From Desulfobulbus propionicus DSM 2032 (lineage in GTDB: Bacteria; Desulfobacterota; Desulfobulbia; Desulfobulbales; Desulfobulbaceae): a stretch of DNA of 32,000 nt. A program made the position numbers and the translations under genes. The notes beneath the pieces were generated by a model that saw only the letters and a list, made by a program, of their open reading frames with translations, had not been told where the DNA came from and ran no database searches. The first letter of the stretch is position 1. Each line of letters starts with the position of its first letter. Shown in pieces: positions 16,650 to 27,407 of the stretch. The stretch is taken from positions 2,070,001 to 2,102,000 of the forward strand of contig NC_014972.1 in assembly GCF_000186885.1 (NCBI RefSeq), given 5' to 3'.

Positions 16650-17522
16650 TTAGATCACCTTGTTGAGCGAGTATTCGATGATGCCCTCGGCCCCTCTCTT
16701 TTTCAGGCAGGGCACCAGATCGCGCACCTGATGCTCGGAAATGACCGTTTCCACCGAAAACCATTCCTGTTTGTACAGTTGGGCCACAGTAGGCGCGTTG
16801 AGGCTAGGCAGCATGCCGATCACCTCGTCCAGCCGCTCCTTGGGAACGTTCATTTTCAGGCCGACAATGCGGTCGGCGCGGAGCGCCCCCTGCAACAACA
16901 TGGCGATGTTTTCGATTTTTTCCCGTTTCCAGGGATCGGCCAAGGCCGCCTTGCTGGCGATCAGCTGGGTGTTGGATTGCATCAGTTCGTGGATCACCCG
17001 CAATCCATGGGCGCGGATGGTGGACTCGGTCTCGGTGACCTCGACAATGGCATCGGCCAGGCCTGAAACTGCCTTGGCCTCGGTGGCTCCCCAGGAAAAA
17101 GTGATTTCGACCTTCAGTCCACGCTGCTCGAAAAATTTGCGGGTAACGTTGACCAACTCGGTGGCGATACGTTTGCCGTCCAGCTGTTCAACCCGAGTGA
17201 TGTTTGAGTCGCCCGGTACGGCAATCACCCAGCGGGTCGGTTTCTTGCTCACTTTGGAATACACCAGATCTTCCACTACCACGACATCCGATTCATTCTC
17301 CAAGGTCCAGTCTTTGCCGGTGATACCGGCGTCCAGCATGCCCGATTCGACATACCGCGACATTTCCTGCGGCCGGCAGATCGAACAGGACAGTTCGGGG
17401 TCGTCGACTTCCGGGAAATAGTTACGTGATGCCAGCTTGATCTGCCATCCCGACTTTTCGAACAGGGCGATGGTGGCATTCTCAAGACTGCCTTTGGGAA
17501 TTCCCATTTTCAGCACATTCAT
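16650..17522 (-). CDS. hisG: ATP phosphoribosyltransferase (long form)
   Basis: The motifs are GIPKGSLE, DAGITGKDW and a C-terminal regulatory-domain-like region. The ATG at 17522 is preceded by GAGGAT. The ORF-track start at 17528 is a TTG. Confidence 0.9.
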   Translation of the reverse strand: MNVLKMGIPKGSLENATIALFEKSGWQIKLASRNYFPEVDDPELSCSICRPQEMSRYVESGMLDAGITGKDWTLENESDVVVVEDLVYSKVSKKPTRWVIAVPGDSNITRVEQLDGKRIATELVNVTRKFFEQRGLKVEITFSWGATEAKAVSGLADAIVEVTETESTIRAHGLRVIHELMQSNTQLIASKAALADPWKREKIENIAMLLQGALRADRIVGLKMNVPKERLDEVIGMLPSLNAPTVAQLYKQEWFSVETVISEHQVRDLVPCLKKRGAEGIIEYSLNKVI

Positions 17523-17544
17523 TATCAATCCTCGATGCTATGAG

Positions 17545-17931
17545 TTATTTATCGCCATAAACGGCGGCAGGATCAAAAACCCGCTCCTGTTCATGAACAA
17601 CGAGCGTCCCATCACTCACCTTGCGGTAAAAGCAACTGCGATAACCGGTATGACAGGCCGCGCCACCCAACTGCTCGACCTTGTAGATCACCGTATCCTG
17701 ATCGCAATCCACTAAAATTTCCTTGACGAGCTGTACATGGCCGGAACTTTCCCCTTTCAGCCACAGACTTTTCCGCGACCGACTCCAGTAGTACGCCTTT
17801 CCGGTTTCCAGCGTTTTTTCCCAGGCAAGCTGGTTGATATAGGCGAGCATGAGGACCTCACCGGTCTGATGGTCCTGGACAATAGCCGGCAACAAGCCGT
17901 TGGCATCTTTGGCAAAAGCGAGTTCAATCAT
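17545..17931 (-). CDS. hisI: Phosphoribosyl-AMP cyclohydrolase
   Basis: The motifs are [38 protein letters not shown] and DCDQDT...[11 protein letters not shown]. The ATG at 17931 is chosen by alignment to typical HisI N-termini. The upstream TTG at 18012 is possible but less likely. Confidence 0.85.
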   Translation of the reverse strand: MIELAFAKDANGLLPAIVQDHQTGEVLMLAYINQLAWEKTLETGKAYYWSRSRKSLWLKGESSGHVQLVKEILVDCDQDTVIYKVEQLGGAACHTGYRSCFYRKVSDGTLVVHEQERVFDPAAVYGDK

Positions 17932-18143
17932 CGTTGGCCGTGGGGGTTGCAATAGGCTCCTGTCTTCGAGAGGAGCTGAGAGTATCAACGTGTACGGGAA
18001 CACAACGCTCAACGAAAAAATGCTTCACCCGACAAGGAGAAGGCGACGCTGGATCCCCGATTCATGCGGCATTGGCTGGGGCTTGCACATTTATGCCTTC
18101 ATTCCCACTTTGTCAAGTCTTCAGTCACTGACAATGCGCTGGC

Positions 18144-18172
18144 TTGTCAAACTGAAGAGCAGCGGCTATACT
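18144..18172 (+). promoter_or_regulatory. Candidate sigma-70 promoter for the PPIase gene
   Basis: TTGTCA (18144..18149), a 17-nt spacer, then TATACT (18167..18172). It lies 58 nt upstream of the ATG at 18230. Confidence 0.4.
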
Positions 18173-18229
18173 ATCCTACTTTATGTCAGTCTCCATTCTC
18201 AACCCCAACGCATCAAAGGACACATCCCC

Positions 18230-18670
18230 ATGAGCCCCGTGCAGTTGTTCGACACCGTTTCCGTCAGTTACACCGCCACCCTACCGTCAGGAGAAGTGAT
18301 CGAAAGCGTGCCGGAAAACAAACCAATCACCCTGACCATTGGATCGGGAAGAATCCTCAAGGCTGTTGAAGCCTCGCTCATGGGCCTGGAACCCGGTGAA
18401 AGCAAAACCGTTCATATTCAACCGGAAGACGCCTACGGCTCCTACTATAAATCCCTGGTCCATGAAGTGGATCGTGCCAACTTTGCCGATCGTATCGATC
18501 CCAAGCCAGGCATGATTCTTTCGCTGACCATCGAGAGAGAAGGCGTCACCCACCAGGTGCCGGCCACCGTCCTCGCTGCCGGCAAGGAAACCGTCACTCT
18601 TGATTACAACCATCCCCTGGCCGGACGGGTGATCACCTACACGGTCAAGGTCCACGCCATCGGCAACTAG
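18230..18670 (+). CDS. FKBP-type peptidyl-prolyl cis-trans isomerase (SlyD-like)
   Basis: 146-aa product starting MSPVQLFDTVSVSYTATLPSGEVIES. It has LMGLEPGESKTV and an insert-in-flap-like segment, and ends DYNHPLAGRVITYTVKVHAI. AAGGA lies 9 nt upstream. The ORF-track N-terminal extension (from 17900) overlaps hisI and is rejected. Confidence 0.8.
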   Translation: MSPVQLFDTVSVSYTATLPSGEVIESVPENKPITLTIGSGRILKAVEASLMGLEPGESKTVHIQPEDAYGSYYKSLVHEVDRANFADRIDPKPGMILSLTIEREGVTHQVPATVLAAGKETVTLDYNHPLAGRVITYTVKVHAIGN

Positions 18671-19002
18671 CAGCACTCTTCCTTTCTCCTTATTTCTCCG
18701 TATCAAGATTCTCTTGCCAGACAGAATACGGTTGATCGCGGCGGACTGCATGTTCGTTCCTTCGTGCCCGTTGCCTTGCACCTGCACCTACTGCCTGACC
18801 TTGCCCATTGAGTAGAAACTCAATGGTTCCAAAGAATAACCCTTCTCAGAAAAAATTCTGTACAATCACCTCCGGACACGTACAATACGACTAAGATCGG
18901 GGTTACTGGGAATTCCATCCCGGCTTTTTACATGCCCACCTTTCTCTTTTTTTTCGATCTTAACCGGAGAAGACGCACCATCCCAACGAAGGAGAACCGT
19001 TT

Positions 19003-21876
19003 ATGTCTATTGAAGATGATGAAATATTGCAGGGTTTTATAGAAGAATCGCTTGAGCATCTGGCTGATATCGAAAACGACCTCCTTGCCATCGAAGAAGG
19101 AGGCGCCGACATCGATGTCGAACTGGTGAACAAGGTTTTCCGCGCCGCCCACTCGATCAAGGGCGGGGCAGGTTTCATGGGGTTGACCGTTATTCAGGAT
19201 CTGGCCCACGCCGCCGAGAATGTGCTTGGTTTGATCCGCAGCGGCAAACTGGTGCCCAATCCGGATATCATCAACGTACTCCTGCTCGCGGCCGATGAGT
19301 TGCAGCACCTGATTGAAGATGTCGGCAACAGCAACAGTGTTGACATCTCCCGCCACACCGCGGCACTGAACGCCATCTTTGAAGGCGGCGAGGCACAACC
19401 GGCGGCGGCGAAATCCGAACAGGTCAATAAAGCGGTCTCGCCGTCCGAACCTGAACCGACTCAGCCGAGTGAATCTATCGAAGAGACGACCGTAAACTGT
19501 GAAGAAGAAAGCGGCGAAGAGGCGATGCTGGAAGTCGATGAAGACGGGAACGATGACCATGAGGGCGAGATGCCGGAAACAACGGCGGTGGAAGCCGGGC
19601 GCTCACGGGCTCGCAAGTCTTCAGCCAGCACCCAGAAACCCGACACCAGCATTCGGGTCACGGTCAGCCTGCTCGATCAACTGATGAATCTGGCTGGAGA
19701 ACTGGTTCTTTCCCGCAATCAACTCTTGCAGACCATCACCTCCGGCGATGTGCGCAACGCGGAAGCCGTCGGACAGCGGATCGACCTGGTCACCTCCGAA
19801 CTGCAAGAGGCGATCATGCTGACCCGCATGCAGCCCATCGGCAACGTCTTCAACAAATTTCCGAGAGTTGTACGCGATCTGTCGAAAAAATTGGGCAAAC
19901 AGATCGATCTGACCATCGTCGGCAAGGATGTCGAACTGGATAAGACCATCATCGAGGCGATCAACGATCCTCTCACCCATCTGGTCCGTAACTCGGTTGA
20001 CCATGGTATCGAGGCACCCGAAGAACGAATCCAAAAAGGCAAAGATGTCCGCGGTCTGATCGTTCTCAAAGCCTACCATGCCGCCGGACAGGTGGTGATC
20101 GAGATCAGTGATGACGGCAAGGGCATTGATGGCAACATGCTGGCTGAAACTGCGGTCAAGAAAGGGTTGATCACTGCGGACCAGGCCAAGGTCATGTCGG
20201 AAAAAGAGCGGATCAACCTTATCCTGTTGCCCGGTTTTTCCACCGCTAAGAAGGTGACCGACGTTTCCGGTCGGGGCGTGGGCATGGATGTGGTCAAAAC
20301 CAACCTCGACCAGTTGGGCGGTTCGATCGAGATCGAATCCGAGGTGGGCAAAGGTTCGACCATCAGCATCAAACTTCCGCTTACCCTGGCGATTATTCCC
20401 TGTCAAATCGTCATGACCGGCGGTGAGCGCTACGCCATTCCCCAGGTCAACCTGGAAGAACTGCTGCGCATTCCAGCCTCCAAGGTTAAGGAACGGGTGG
20501 AACGGGTGGGAGATGCCGAAGTTGTCCGCTTGCGTGGCAACCTGCTGCCCCTGATTCGCATGGCCGAGGTGTTCGATATTGATCGGACCTATTACGATCC
20601 GATTGAAGAACAAACCAAACCTGACCGCCGGCGCAATATCGCTGACCGGAGGTCCAAATCGACGCCGCTGTTCAGGGAAGAGGGGGCACCGCAGCCCCAA
20701 CCCAGAAGCGATGAGCAGGATCGAAAGCGAAAAGAGGAAGAGCGGCGGCAAAGCCCTTCAAGCGCCCTGAATATAGTGGTGGTGTCCACCGGTGCCATGA
20801 AATACGGCCTGATCGTTGACCGCTTGCACGACTCCGAAGAAATCGTCATCAAGCCCTTGGGTCGGCACCTGCAGCAATGCCAGGGTTATGCCGGCGCCAC
20901 CATCATGGGCGATGGCCGCATCGCCTTGATCCTTGATGTTTCCAATATTGCCCGCATGGCCGGCCTGACCTCGCTTGACGGTTCCGAACGGGCCACCGAA
21001 CTGGCCGAGGCCGCCAAGGAAGCCATTACCAAAACCCGCGACAAGCAGGCGCTACTGACCTTCTCCAGTTCCGCCATGGAGCAATTCGGTGTGCCGCTGA
21101 ATCAAGTTGAGCGGGTTGAGAAAATTAAACGCAACGATATCGAAGAAATCGGCGGCCGAAGGGTCATGCAGTATCGCGGCGGCAGTTTACCGCTGATCAG
21201 TATCGACGAGGTGGCGTCAGTGATGCCGTTGGATGATCGGGAAGATCTTTTGGTGATTGTTTTCCGCCTTGCGGGCAAGGATGTCGGTCTGCTGGCGATA
21301 GGCCCTATCGATGCCATTGAAATATCGGCTGAAATCGATGACGTTACCCTTAAGCAACCCGGCATCATGGGATCGGCGATCATTGGCGGCAAAACAACGA
21401 TGCTCGTCAATATCTTTGAAATCATGAAGATTTCCAATCCACAATGGTTCGAAGATCACGCCGCGTACGCGGAGATCGAAACCGACGAAACCCAGGCGCC
21501 GACCATTCTGATCGTTGAAGATTCCAATTTTTTTCGCAACCAGGTGAAAGGGTACATGGAGGAAGCGGGATTCAACATTCTTGAGGCGGAAGACGGTAAA
21601 ATTGCCTGGGACATCCTTCAGGAGCATGGCGACAGCGTCACAATGGTCGTCACCGATATCGAGATGCCCAACATGGATGGGTTCACCTTAACCGAAAAGA
21701 TCAAGGGCGATAAGCAGCTTAGACATACACCGGTCATCGCCCTGACCACGCTGGCCGCGGATGAGGATATTGCCCGGGGCAAAGCTGTCGGCGTCGATGA
21801 ATACCACATCAAACTCGACAAGGAACGGCTGATGGAAAGCGTGCACAGGTATGCAAAGGCCGCCATGGCCTCTTGA
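19003..21876 (+). CDS. cheA: Hybrid chemotaxis histidine kinase CheA (HPt - dimerisation - HATPase - split CheW-like P5 - second CheW-like domain - receiver)
   Basis: 957-aa ORF. P1 reads [17 protein letters not shown]4 contains [23 protein letters not shown] and GRGVGMDVV. The first CheW-like module starts [13 protein letters not shown] and the second starts [23 protein letters not shown]. The receiver reads [10 protein letters not shown]...[19 protein letters not shown] lies upstream of the ATG. Confidence 0.9.
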   Translation: MSIEDDEILQGFIEESLEHLADIENDLLAIEEGGADIDVELVNKVFRAAHSIKGGAGFMGLTVIQDLAHAAENVLGLIRSGKLVPNPDIINVLLLAADELQHLIEDVGNSNSVDISRHTAALNAIFEGGEAQPAAAKSEQVNKAVSPSEPEPTQPSESIEETTVNCEEESGEEAMLEVDEDGNDDHEGEMPETTAVEAGRSRARKSSASTQKPDTSIRVTVSLLDQLMNLAGELVLSRNQLLQTITSGDVRNAEAVGQRIDLVTSELQEAIMLTRMQPIGNVFNKFPRVVRDLSKKLGKQIDLTIVGKDVELDKTIIEAINDPLTHLVRNSVDHGIEAPEERIQKGKDVRGLIVLKAYHAAGQVVIEISDDGKGIDGNMLAETAVKKGLITADQAKVMSEKERINLILLPGFSTAKKVTDVSGRGVGMDVVKTNLDQLGGSIEIESEVGKGSTISIKLPLTLAIIPCQIVMTGGERYAIPQVNLEELLRIPASKVKERVERVGDAEVVRLRGNLLPLIRMAEVFDIDRTYYDPIEEQTKPDRRRNIADRRSKSTPLFREEGAPQPQPRSDEQDRKRKEEERRQSPSSALNIVVVSTGAMKYGLIVDRLHDSEEIVIKPLGRHLQQCQGYAGATIMGDGRIALILDVSNIARMAGLTSLDGSERATELAEAAKEAITKTRDKQALLTFSSSAMEQFGVPLNQVERVEKIKRNDIEEIGGRRVMQYRGGSLPLISIDEVASVMPLDDREDLLVIVFRLAGKDVGLLAIGPIDAIEISAEIDDVTLKQPGIMGSAIIGGKTTMLVNIFEIMKISNPQWFEDHAAYAEIETDETQAPTILIVEDSNFFRNQVKGYMEEAGFNILEAEDGKIAWDILQEHGDSVTMVVTDIEMPNMDGFTLTEKIKGDKQLRHTPVIALTTLAADEDIARGKAVGVDEYHIKLDKERLMESVHRYAKAAMAS

Positions 21877-21910
21877 TCGGATTGCCGTCGGAGAACCAAG
21901 GCCAATCCGC

Positions 21911-23629
21911 ATGAACAATTCCAGTATCAGCATCAAGTGGAAAATCCTCATCTTGGCGCTTTTGGGTCCTCTGGTGATTGCCATTCTTCTCTCCTGGCAA
22001 CGGGTAAACGATATCCGTTCCGGTGCCGAGAAGGCCATCATCTCAAAAAGCGCGGGTATCGTTTTGATGGCCGAGGCAACTCGTGACGAGATGGCGAGAA
22101 AGTTGCAAAGCGGGGTGATCAAACCTTTTGAGCAACTCACCTCTGCCAATATCCTTGAGGCGGTTCCGGTGATCACCGCCATGCAGGGAGCGGCCGCCAA
22201 AGCCGAGGAGGCTGGGTACGTTTTCCGTACACCCAAGGCAATGCCGCGAAACCCGCAGAACACTCCGAGCGATTTGGAAAATGCGGTGTTGCAGGAACTG
22301 GCCAGCAAAAATCTCACCGAAAAGATCCTCATCGAGAAAGACCAGATACGCTATTTCAAGCCGGTACGGCTCACAGCCGAATGCCTCTATTGTCACGGCG
22401 ATCCAGCTGGCACTAAGGATGTCACGGGAGGCACCAAGGAAGGTTGGAAGGAAGGAGAAATCCACGGTGCCTTTGAAATCATTAGCTCCTTGGAAGAAAC
22501 AAACAAGGCGGTCGCCCGGGCCCGCTGGCATGTCGTCGTATCGGTCACGATTACGTTGTTTGTCGTTAGCGCTATCTGCATCTATCTGATTCAATCCGGG
22601 ATCATCAAACCGTTGCATGAGGTGAATGCGTTTATCGATCGCATGGCCAAGGGAGATCTTCAAGGAAAACTTGCAGCTCGAACCAAGGATGAAATCGGCA
22701 ACATGGTCAATCAGTTAAGCGGCATGACCGAAAAACTGAGCGGCATGATACGAGAAATTTCCCATGCAGGAGACACCCTGTTTACGTCTTCCGGGAAGCT
22801 CGGCTCTTCAGCTGATGACTTTGCCTTGACGGCGAACGACACGGCAATGCGGACAGTGTCCGTTGCCGCCGCAGCCGAGGAAATGAGCGCCAACATGTCG
22901 ACCGTTGCTGCGGCAACGGAACAAGCGGCAACAAATATCGCCGTGGTGTCGTCGGCCACCAAGGACATGACCTCAACCATCAATGGCATTGCCAAGTCGA
23001 CGGAAAAGGCGCAGGAAATTACCAAGACAGCGGTTCGCGAGGCGAGTTCCGCCTCTGAAAAAGTCGATGCGCTCGGTCGAGCAGCCGTGGAAATCGGCAA
23101 GGTAACCGAAGCCATCACGGAGATCTCAGAGCAAACCAATCTATTGGCGCTCAATGCGACCATCGAGGCGGCACGGGCCGGGGAAGCGGGAAAGGGGTTC
23201 GCCGTGGTCGCCAATGAAATCAAGGGACTCGCGCAGCAAACGGCCCTGGCGACAGGAGAGATCAAAAACCGCATTCATTCCATTCAGGAATCAACCGATG
23301 CAACCATTCAACAAATCCAACTGATCACTCAAGTGATTGACGAGATTAACACGATCGTTTCCTCCATCGTTGCCGCAGTTGACGAACAATCCGCGACCAC
23401 CAATGAAATAGCCGAGAATATCAATCAGGCCTCCATTGGCATCCAGGAAGTCACGGCAAATGTTGCGCAAGTTTCTCTGGTTTCAACCACCGTGGCGCAG
23501 GACATTGCCGAAGTCAGCCAAGCCAACGATTCCATCGCTCACGAGAGCATCGAAATAAAGACCAATGCGGCCAATCTCACCCTCATGGCCAACCGGTTGA
23601 AAGAACTGGTGCAACATTTCAAGGTGTAA
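21911..23629 (+). CDS. Methyl-accepting chemotaxis protein with a periplasmic c-type-heme (CxxCH) sensor domain
   Basis: TM1 is [20 protein letters not shown]. The periplasmic region contains [18 protein letters not shown] and [22 protein letters not shown] (CxxCH at 22382..22396), which resembles the DUF3365/Tll0287-like heme domain. TM2, a HAMP domain and the signalling tip [38 protein letters not shown] follow. Confidence 0.9.
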   Translation: MNNSSISIKWKILILALLGPLVIAILLSWQRVNDIRSGAEKAIISKSAGIVLMAEATRDEMARKLQSGVIKPFEQLTSANILEAVPVITAMQGAAAKAEEAGYVFRTPKAMPRNPQNTPSDLENAVLQELASKNLTEKILIEKDQIRYFKPVRLTAECLYCHGDPAGTKDVTGGTKEGWKEGEIHGAFEIISSLEETNKAVARARWHVVVSVTITLFVVSAICIYLIQSGIIKPLHEVNAFIDRMAKGDLQGKLAARTKDEIGNMVNQLSGMTEKLSGMIREISHAGDTLFTSSGKLGSSADDFALTANDTAMRTVSVAAAAEEMSANMSTVAAATEQAATNIAVVSSATKDMTSTINGIAKSTEKAQEITKTAVREASSASEKVDALGRAAVEIGKVTEAITEISEQTNLLALNATIEAARAGEAGKGFAVVANEIKGLAQQTALATGEIKNRIHSIQESTDATIQQIQLITQVIDEINTIVSSIVAAVDEQSATTNEIAENINQASIGIQEVTANVAQVSLVSTTVAQDIAEVSQANDSIAHESIEIKTNAANLTLMANRLKELVQHFKV

Positions 23630-23688
23630 CCGGCTGAAGAACATCGACAATTCAGGACAATCTTTTCAATACAAGATGGAGACAACTC

Positions 23689-24168
23689 ATGTCTGAACCC
23701 AGCAACCTCACAAAGAACATTATTGAACTGGCCACGTTTTATGTCGGCCATGCCCTCTGCGGCATGGATATTCTCAAAGTGCAGGAAATCAACAAGTTGA
23801 TGGAGATGACCAAAGTCCCCCAGGCACCGGACTACATGGTTGGCATCCTCAACCTGCGCGGACAAATCGTCACGATCATTGATCTTGGCCAAAAACTTGG
23901 TCTTGGCAACGTGGAAATCACCAATGAATCGCGCAATATCATCATCAATGCCCCCGGCGAACACGTAGGTCTGCTGGTCAGCCGCATCAGCGACGTGGTC
24001 ATGGCCGATCCGGATCGGATCGAACCGGCACCCGCCAACATGAGTGGCATCCAGGGCTCTTTTTTCACTGGTGTCTACAAGACCGAAAATAAGCTAATCG
24101 GCATCCTTGACATCAAGGAGGTGTTGCGAATTGAATCGGACAACCTCAGTCGCGGGCTTGAACGGTAA
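23689..24168 (+). CDS. cheW: Chemotaxis coupling protein CheW
   Basis: 159-aa ORF made up of a single CheW-like domain (ELATFYVGHALCGMDILKVQEI...LNLRGQIVTIIDL). GGAGA lies upstream. Confidence 0.9.
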   Translation: MSEPSNLTKNIIELATFYVGHALCGMDILKVQEINKLMEMTKVPQAPDYMVGILNLRGQIVTIIDLGQKLGLGNVEITNESRNIIINAPGEHVGLLVSRISDVVMADPDRIEPAPANMSGIQGSFFTGVYKTENKLIGILDIKEVLRIESDNLSRGLER

Positions 24169-24218
24169 CCTGTATCAAGCGATCATCGGATCTTTCATCT
24201 CTTTCCCTGTTCAGTTGT

Positions 24219-25355
24219 ATGTTTGGAAAAAAAATCAAAGTATTGGTGGTTGACGACACCATTGTCTATCGCAAGGCGGTCAGCGACATCCTTGGCGAAA
24301 TGCCAGGCGTGGAAGTTGTCGGTGTCGCCCATAACGGAAAGATTGCTGTCTCGAAGATACAGACCCTCAAGCCCGATCTGCTGACGCTTGACATCGAGAT
24401 GCCGGAAATGAATGGTATCGAGGTCTTGCAATACCTGCAACAACACGCACCCCAGGTGTCCGCAATCATGGTTTCCACCCTGACCAGCGAGGGGGGGGAT
24501 ATGACCATGCGCGCCCTGGAACTCGGCGCCTATGATTTTATTCTGAAACCGACCGCAACCAACATCAATGACAGCAAGCAGCAACTGCGAACCTTGCTCA
24601 CGCCGCTGATCAAGACCTTCCAGACAGGTCGAACCACGGTTGGAGCCTTGCAACAAGGGGGGACGCGAAAAATAGCCGGGACAAGTCAAGGATACATACG
24701 GCTGCAAGCCACCCCTTCAACCGTTATCGGCAGTGGCAGATATACCGCGCCCTCAGTGGGGACAAGCCGGCGCCAAGGCAAATCAGAAATTGTCACCATC
24801 GGTATTTCCACCGGAGGCCCCAATGCCTTGGCAAGGATGATGCCGATGTTGCCCGGCGATCTTGGCGTGCCGATCGTCATTGTTCAGCACATGCCGCCGG
24901 TATTCACAAAATCTCTCGCCAACAGCCTGAATATAAAATGCGCCCTGACCGTGAAAGAGGCGCAGGATGGCGAGCCGTTACAAGCAAATGTTGCATATAT
25001 CGCTCCTGGTGGTAAACAAATGAAACTCGTCGCGTCGGCCGATGGAACGAATCGGTTGATCAAAATCACCAATGATCCTCCGGAAAATTCGTGCAAACCT
25101 TCGGCGGACTATTTATTCCGATCGGTTGCCGATTACTACGTTGGCCGGACAACCGCGGTGATCATGACCGGAATGGGCTCGGATGGCACCAAGGGATTGA
25201 AAATTCTCAAACAAAAAGGGGCATTGGTCATCGGCCAAGATGAGGAAAGCTGTGTGGTGTACGGCATGCCCAAAGCCCCGGCAGAGCTCGGTCTGACAGA
25301 CGTTGTCGCGCCGTTGGATAAAATTGCCGCTGAAATCATCAAATCGGTGAAATAA
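24219..25355 (+). CDS. cheB: Protein-glutamate methylesterase CheB (receiver + esterase)
   Basis: The receiver reads KVLVVDDTIVYRK...LTLDIEMPEMNG. The esterase motifs are GISTGGPNAL, IVQHMP and GMGSDG. Confidence 0.9.
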   Translation: MFGKKIKVLVVDDTIVYRKAVSDILGEMPGVEVVGVAHNGKIAVSKIQTLKPDLLTLDIEMPEMNGIEVLQYLQQHAPQVSAIMVSTLTSEGGDMTMRALELGAYDFILKPTATNINDSKQQLRTLLTPLIKTFQTGRTTVGALQQGGTRKIAGTSQGYIRLQATPSTVIGSGRYTAPSVGTSRRQGKSEIVTIGISTGGPNALARMMPMLPGDLGVPIVIVQHMPPVFTKSLANSLNIKCALTVKEAQDGEPLQANVAYIAPGGKQMKLVASADGTNRLIKITNDPPENSCKPSADYLFRSVADYYVGRTTAVIMTGMGSDGTKGLKILKQKGALVIGQDEESCVVYGMPKAPAELGLTDVVAPLDKIAAEIIKSVK

Positions 25356-26090
25356 CGGATTCCTTCACACAACGGTTCCCATGTTGAAAATTACCCCTGA
25401 AGAGATCAAGCTCATCACCAAATATATCTATGAAATCTCAGGGATATATCTTGACGAGAGCAAAAAATATCTTCTTGAAACCCGGCTGAATACGATCGCC
25501 GAGGAACAAGGATGCTCTAGCTATCAAGATTTTTATCAAAAGGCCAAGGCTGACGCGAGCAAGACCATCGAGCGAAGAATCATTGATGCCATCTCCACTA
25601 ATGAAACATTGTTTTTTCGTGACTCCGGTCCATTTCAACTGTTGCAGCATAAGATTTTCCCGGAACTCATTGATGCCCGCGCACCAAAGAGTCCCATGTT
25701 GAAGACAAATCTTAAAATATGGAGCGCCGCCAGTTCAACAGGACAGGAACTTTACTCGGTTGCCATCGTTCTCCAGGAACTCTTGGGCGACATGTCTAAA
25801 TATTCCATAAAATTACTTGGAACTGACATCAGCGATGCCGCAATATCGCAAGCAAGTAGCGGCAAATACAATAAATTCGAAATTGAACGAGGTTTATCCC
25901 GGGATAAACTTACGAGGTATTTCACCTCCATCGGTCAGACCTGGAAAGTCAGCGATCACCTTCGCGCCATGGTGAACTTTCGTAAGTTCAACCTCATGTC
26001 TCCATTCACCAGTTTAGGGAAATTTGATGTCATCCTCTGTCGAAATGTAGCCATCTATTTCACCTTGGAGGACAGAAAAAAGCTCTTTAA

Positions 26091-27407
26091 GGGTTTCTTG
26101 AAAATTAAATGCAGTAGCCTGCGACAAGTTTAACTATCAAATTGTTGATTTTGTGTAAATATGTTACATTCTTCATCGTTTTAAGGCCGCATCCGCCAAC
26201 CATCACCCGATGGAGATCAGCCATGATCCAGCCCGGCTTTTTTGATTTGCAGGACCGATTGCACAAAATCGACAAGAACGGCGACCCACTTGCCAAGATC
26301 AACGAGACGGTCAACTGGGAGATGTTTCGTCCTGCGCTCGAAAAGGCCAGGGACAAGGGCCGGCAGTCTACGGTCGGGCCGAAGGGGTACGACGTCATCC
26401 TGCTGTTTAAGATTCTCATCCTGCAGTCGTTGTACAATCTGTCGGATGACGCGACCGAGTTTCAGATTCTCGACCGGCACTCCTTTGGGCGCTTTCTTGG
26501 TCTGCACATCAGCCAGAAGGTTCCCGATGCCACCACCATCTGGCGTTTTCGGGAAGACCTCGTCAAGGCCGGCATTGTAGAGGAACTGTTTGCGACCTTC
26601 GATGCGCATCTCCGGGACAACGGCTTCATGGCGATGAAAGGGCAGATCGTGGATGCCAGCATTGTCAGCGTGCCCAAACAGCGGAACAGCCGGGAGGAAA
26701 ATGCCCGGATCAAAGAGGGCGACATCCCGGAGAACTGGTCCGAGAACAAGCGGCGTAGAAAAGACGCGGACGCGCGCTGGACCAAGAAGAACGGCAAGTC
26801 TTATTACGGCTACAAGAACCACATCTCGGTGGATGTGAAGCACAAGTTGATTCGCAGCTATGCCGTGACCGATGCGGCCCTGCACGACAGCAACGTGTTC
26901 GAGCAACTCCTTGCCGACAATACGAGCAAGGACGTCTGGGCGGATTCGGCCTATCGATCCGCGGATCGATTGGAGCGCCTCGGCCAGGATGGTTTTCGTG
27001 AACACATCCAACGCAAGGGGAGCCGCAATCGTCCCTTGACGCCCAGAGAACAGGAGGGCAACCGAACCAGATCCAAGGTCCGTTCGCGAATCGAGCATGT
27101 CTTTGGTGTACAGGCGCAGCGAGCGGGGAATGTACTGTTGCGCACGATCGGCATAGCCCGAGCCCGAGCAAAGATCGGCTTGCGCAACTTGGTGTATAAC
27201 ATTGACCGAATGGGGATGCTTCTGGCTGCAAGCAGGTGAAGTGTGCCCGGAGTGCGGCAAACTGGCAAAAGACCGCCATCGAGCACAGAGCGAGGCACCG
27301 CCAAGGTGCAAAACCGATCGGATTAAAAGCCAGAAGAGCATGGTCTTTGTGAATAAAATTGTCGGTGAATGGTGCCGGGGCTTGCTAAGCTAAATTTCAA
27401 GATTCCC
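26091..27407 (+). mobile_element. IS5-family insertion sequence (1317 bp) with imperfect terminal inverted repeats and a 4-bp TTAA target-site duplication
   Basis: The left end is GGGTTTCTTGAAAATTA. The reverse complement of the right end is GGGAATCTTGAAATTTA (14 of 17 identical). TTAA is present at 26087..26090 and at 27408..27411. The element carries a single DDE transposase gene. Confidence 0.85.
26223..27239 (+). CDS. IS5-family DDE transposase
   Basis: 338-aa product from the ATG at 26223 (GGAG upstream). Its layout matches E. coli IS5 transposase: an N-terminal DNA-binding region (LLFKILILQSLYNLSDDATEFQILDRHSFGRFLGL), then GQIVDASIV, YGYKNHISVD, VWADSAYRS and RSRIEHVFG, which are candidate D, D and E residues. 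Confidence 0.9.
   Translation: MIQPGFFDLQDRLHKIDKNGDPLAKINETVNWEMFRPALEKARDKGRQSTVGPKGYDVILLFKILILQSLYNLSDDATEFQILDRHSFGRFLGLHISQKVPDATTIWRFREDLVKAGIVEELFATFDAHLRDNGFMAMKGQIVDASIVSVPKQRNSREENARIKEGDIPENWSENKRRRKDADARWTKKNGKSYYGYKNHISVDVKHKLIRSYAVTDAALHDSNVFEQLLADNTSKDVWADSAYRSADRLERLGQDGFREHIQRKGSRNRPLTPREQEGNRTRSKVRSRIEHVFGVQAQRAGNVLLRTIGIARARAKIGLRNLVYNIDRMGMLLAASR

Noticed and set aside
25381-26133. ORF-track CheR ORF (250 aa) as an intact, merely short, methyltransferase.
   Set aside because: Its last 14 residues (KGFLKIKCSSLRQV) are encoded by the left end of the IS element. The genuine C-terminus is found in frame after the element at 27410..27538.
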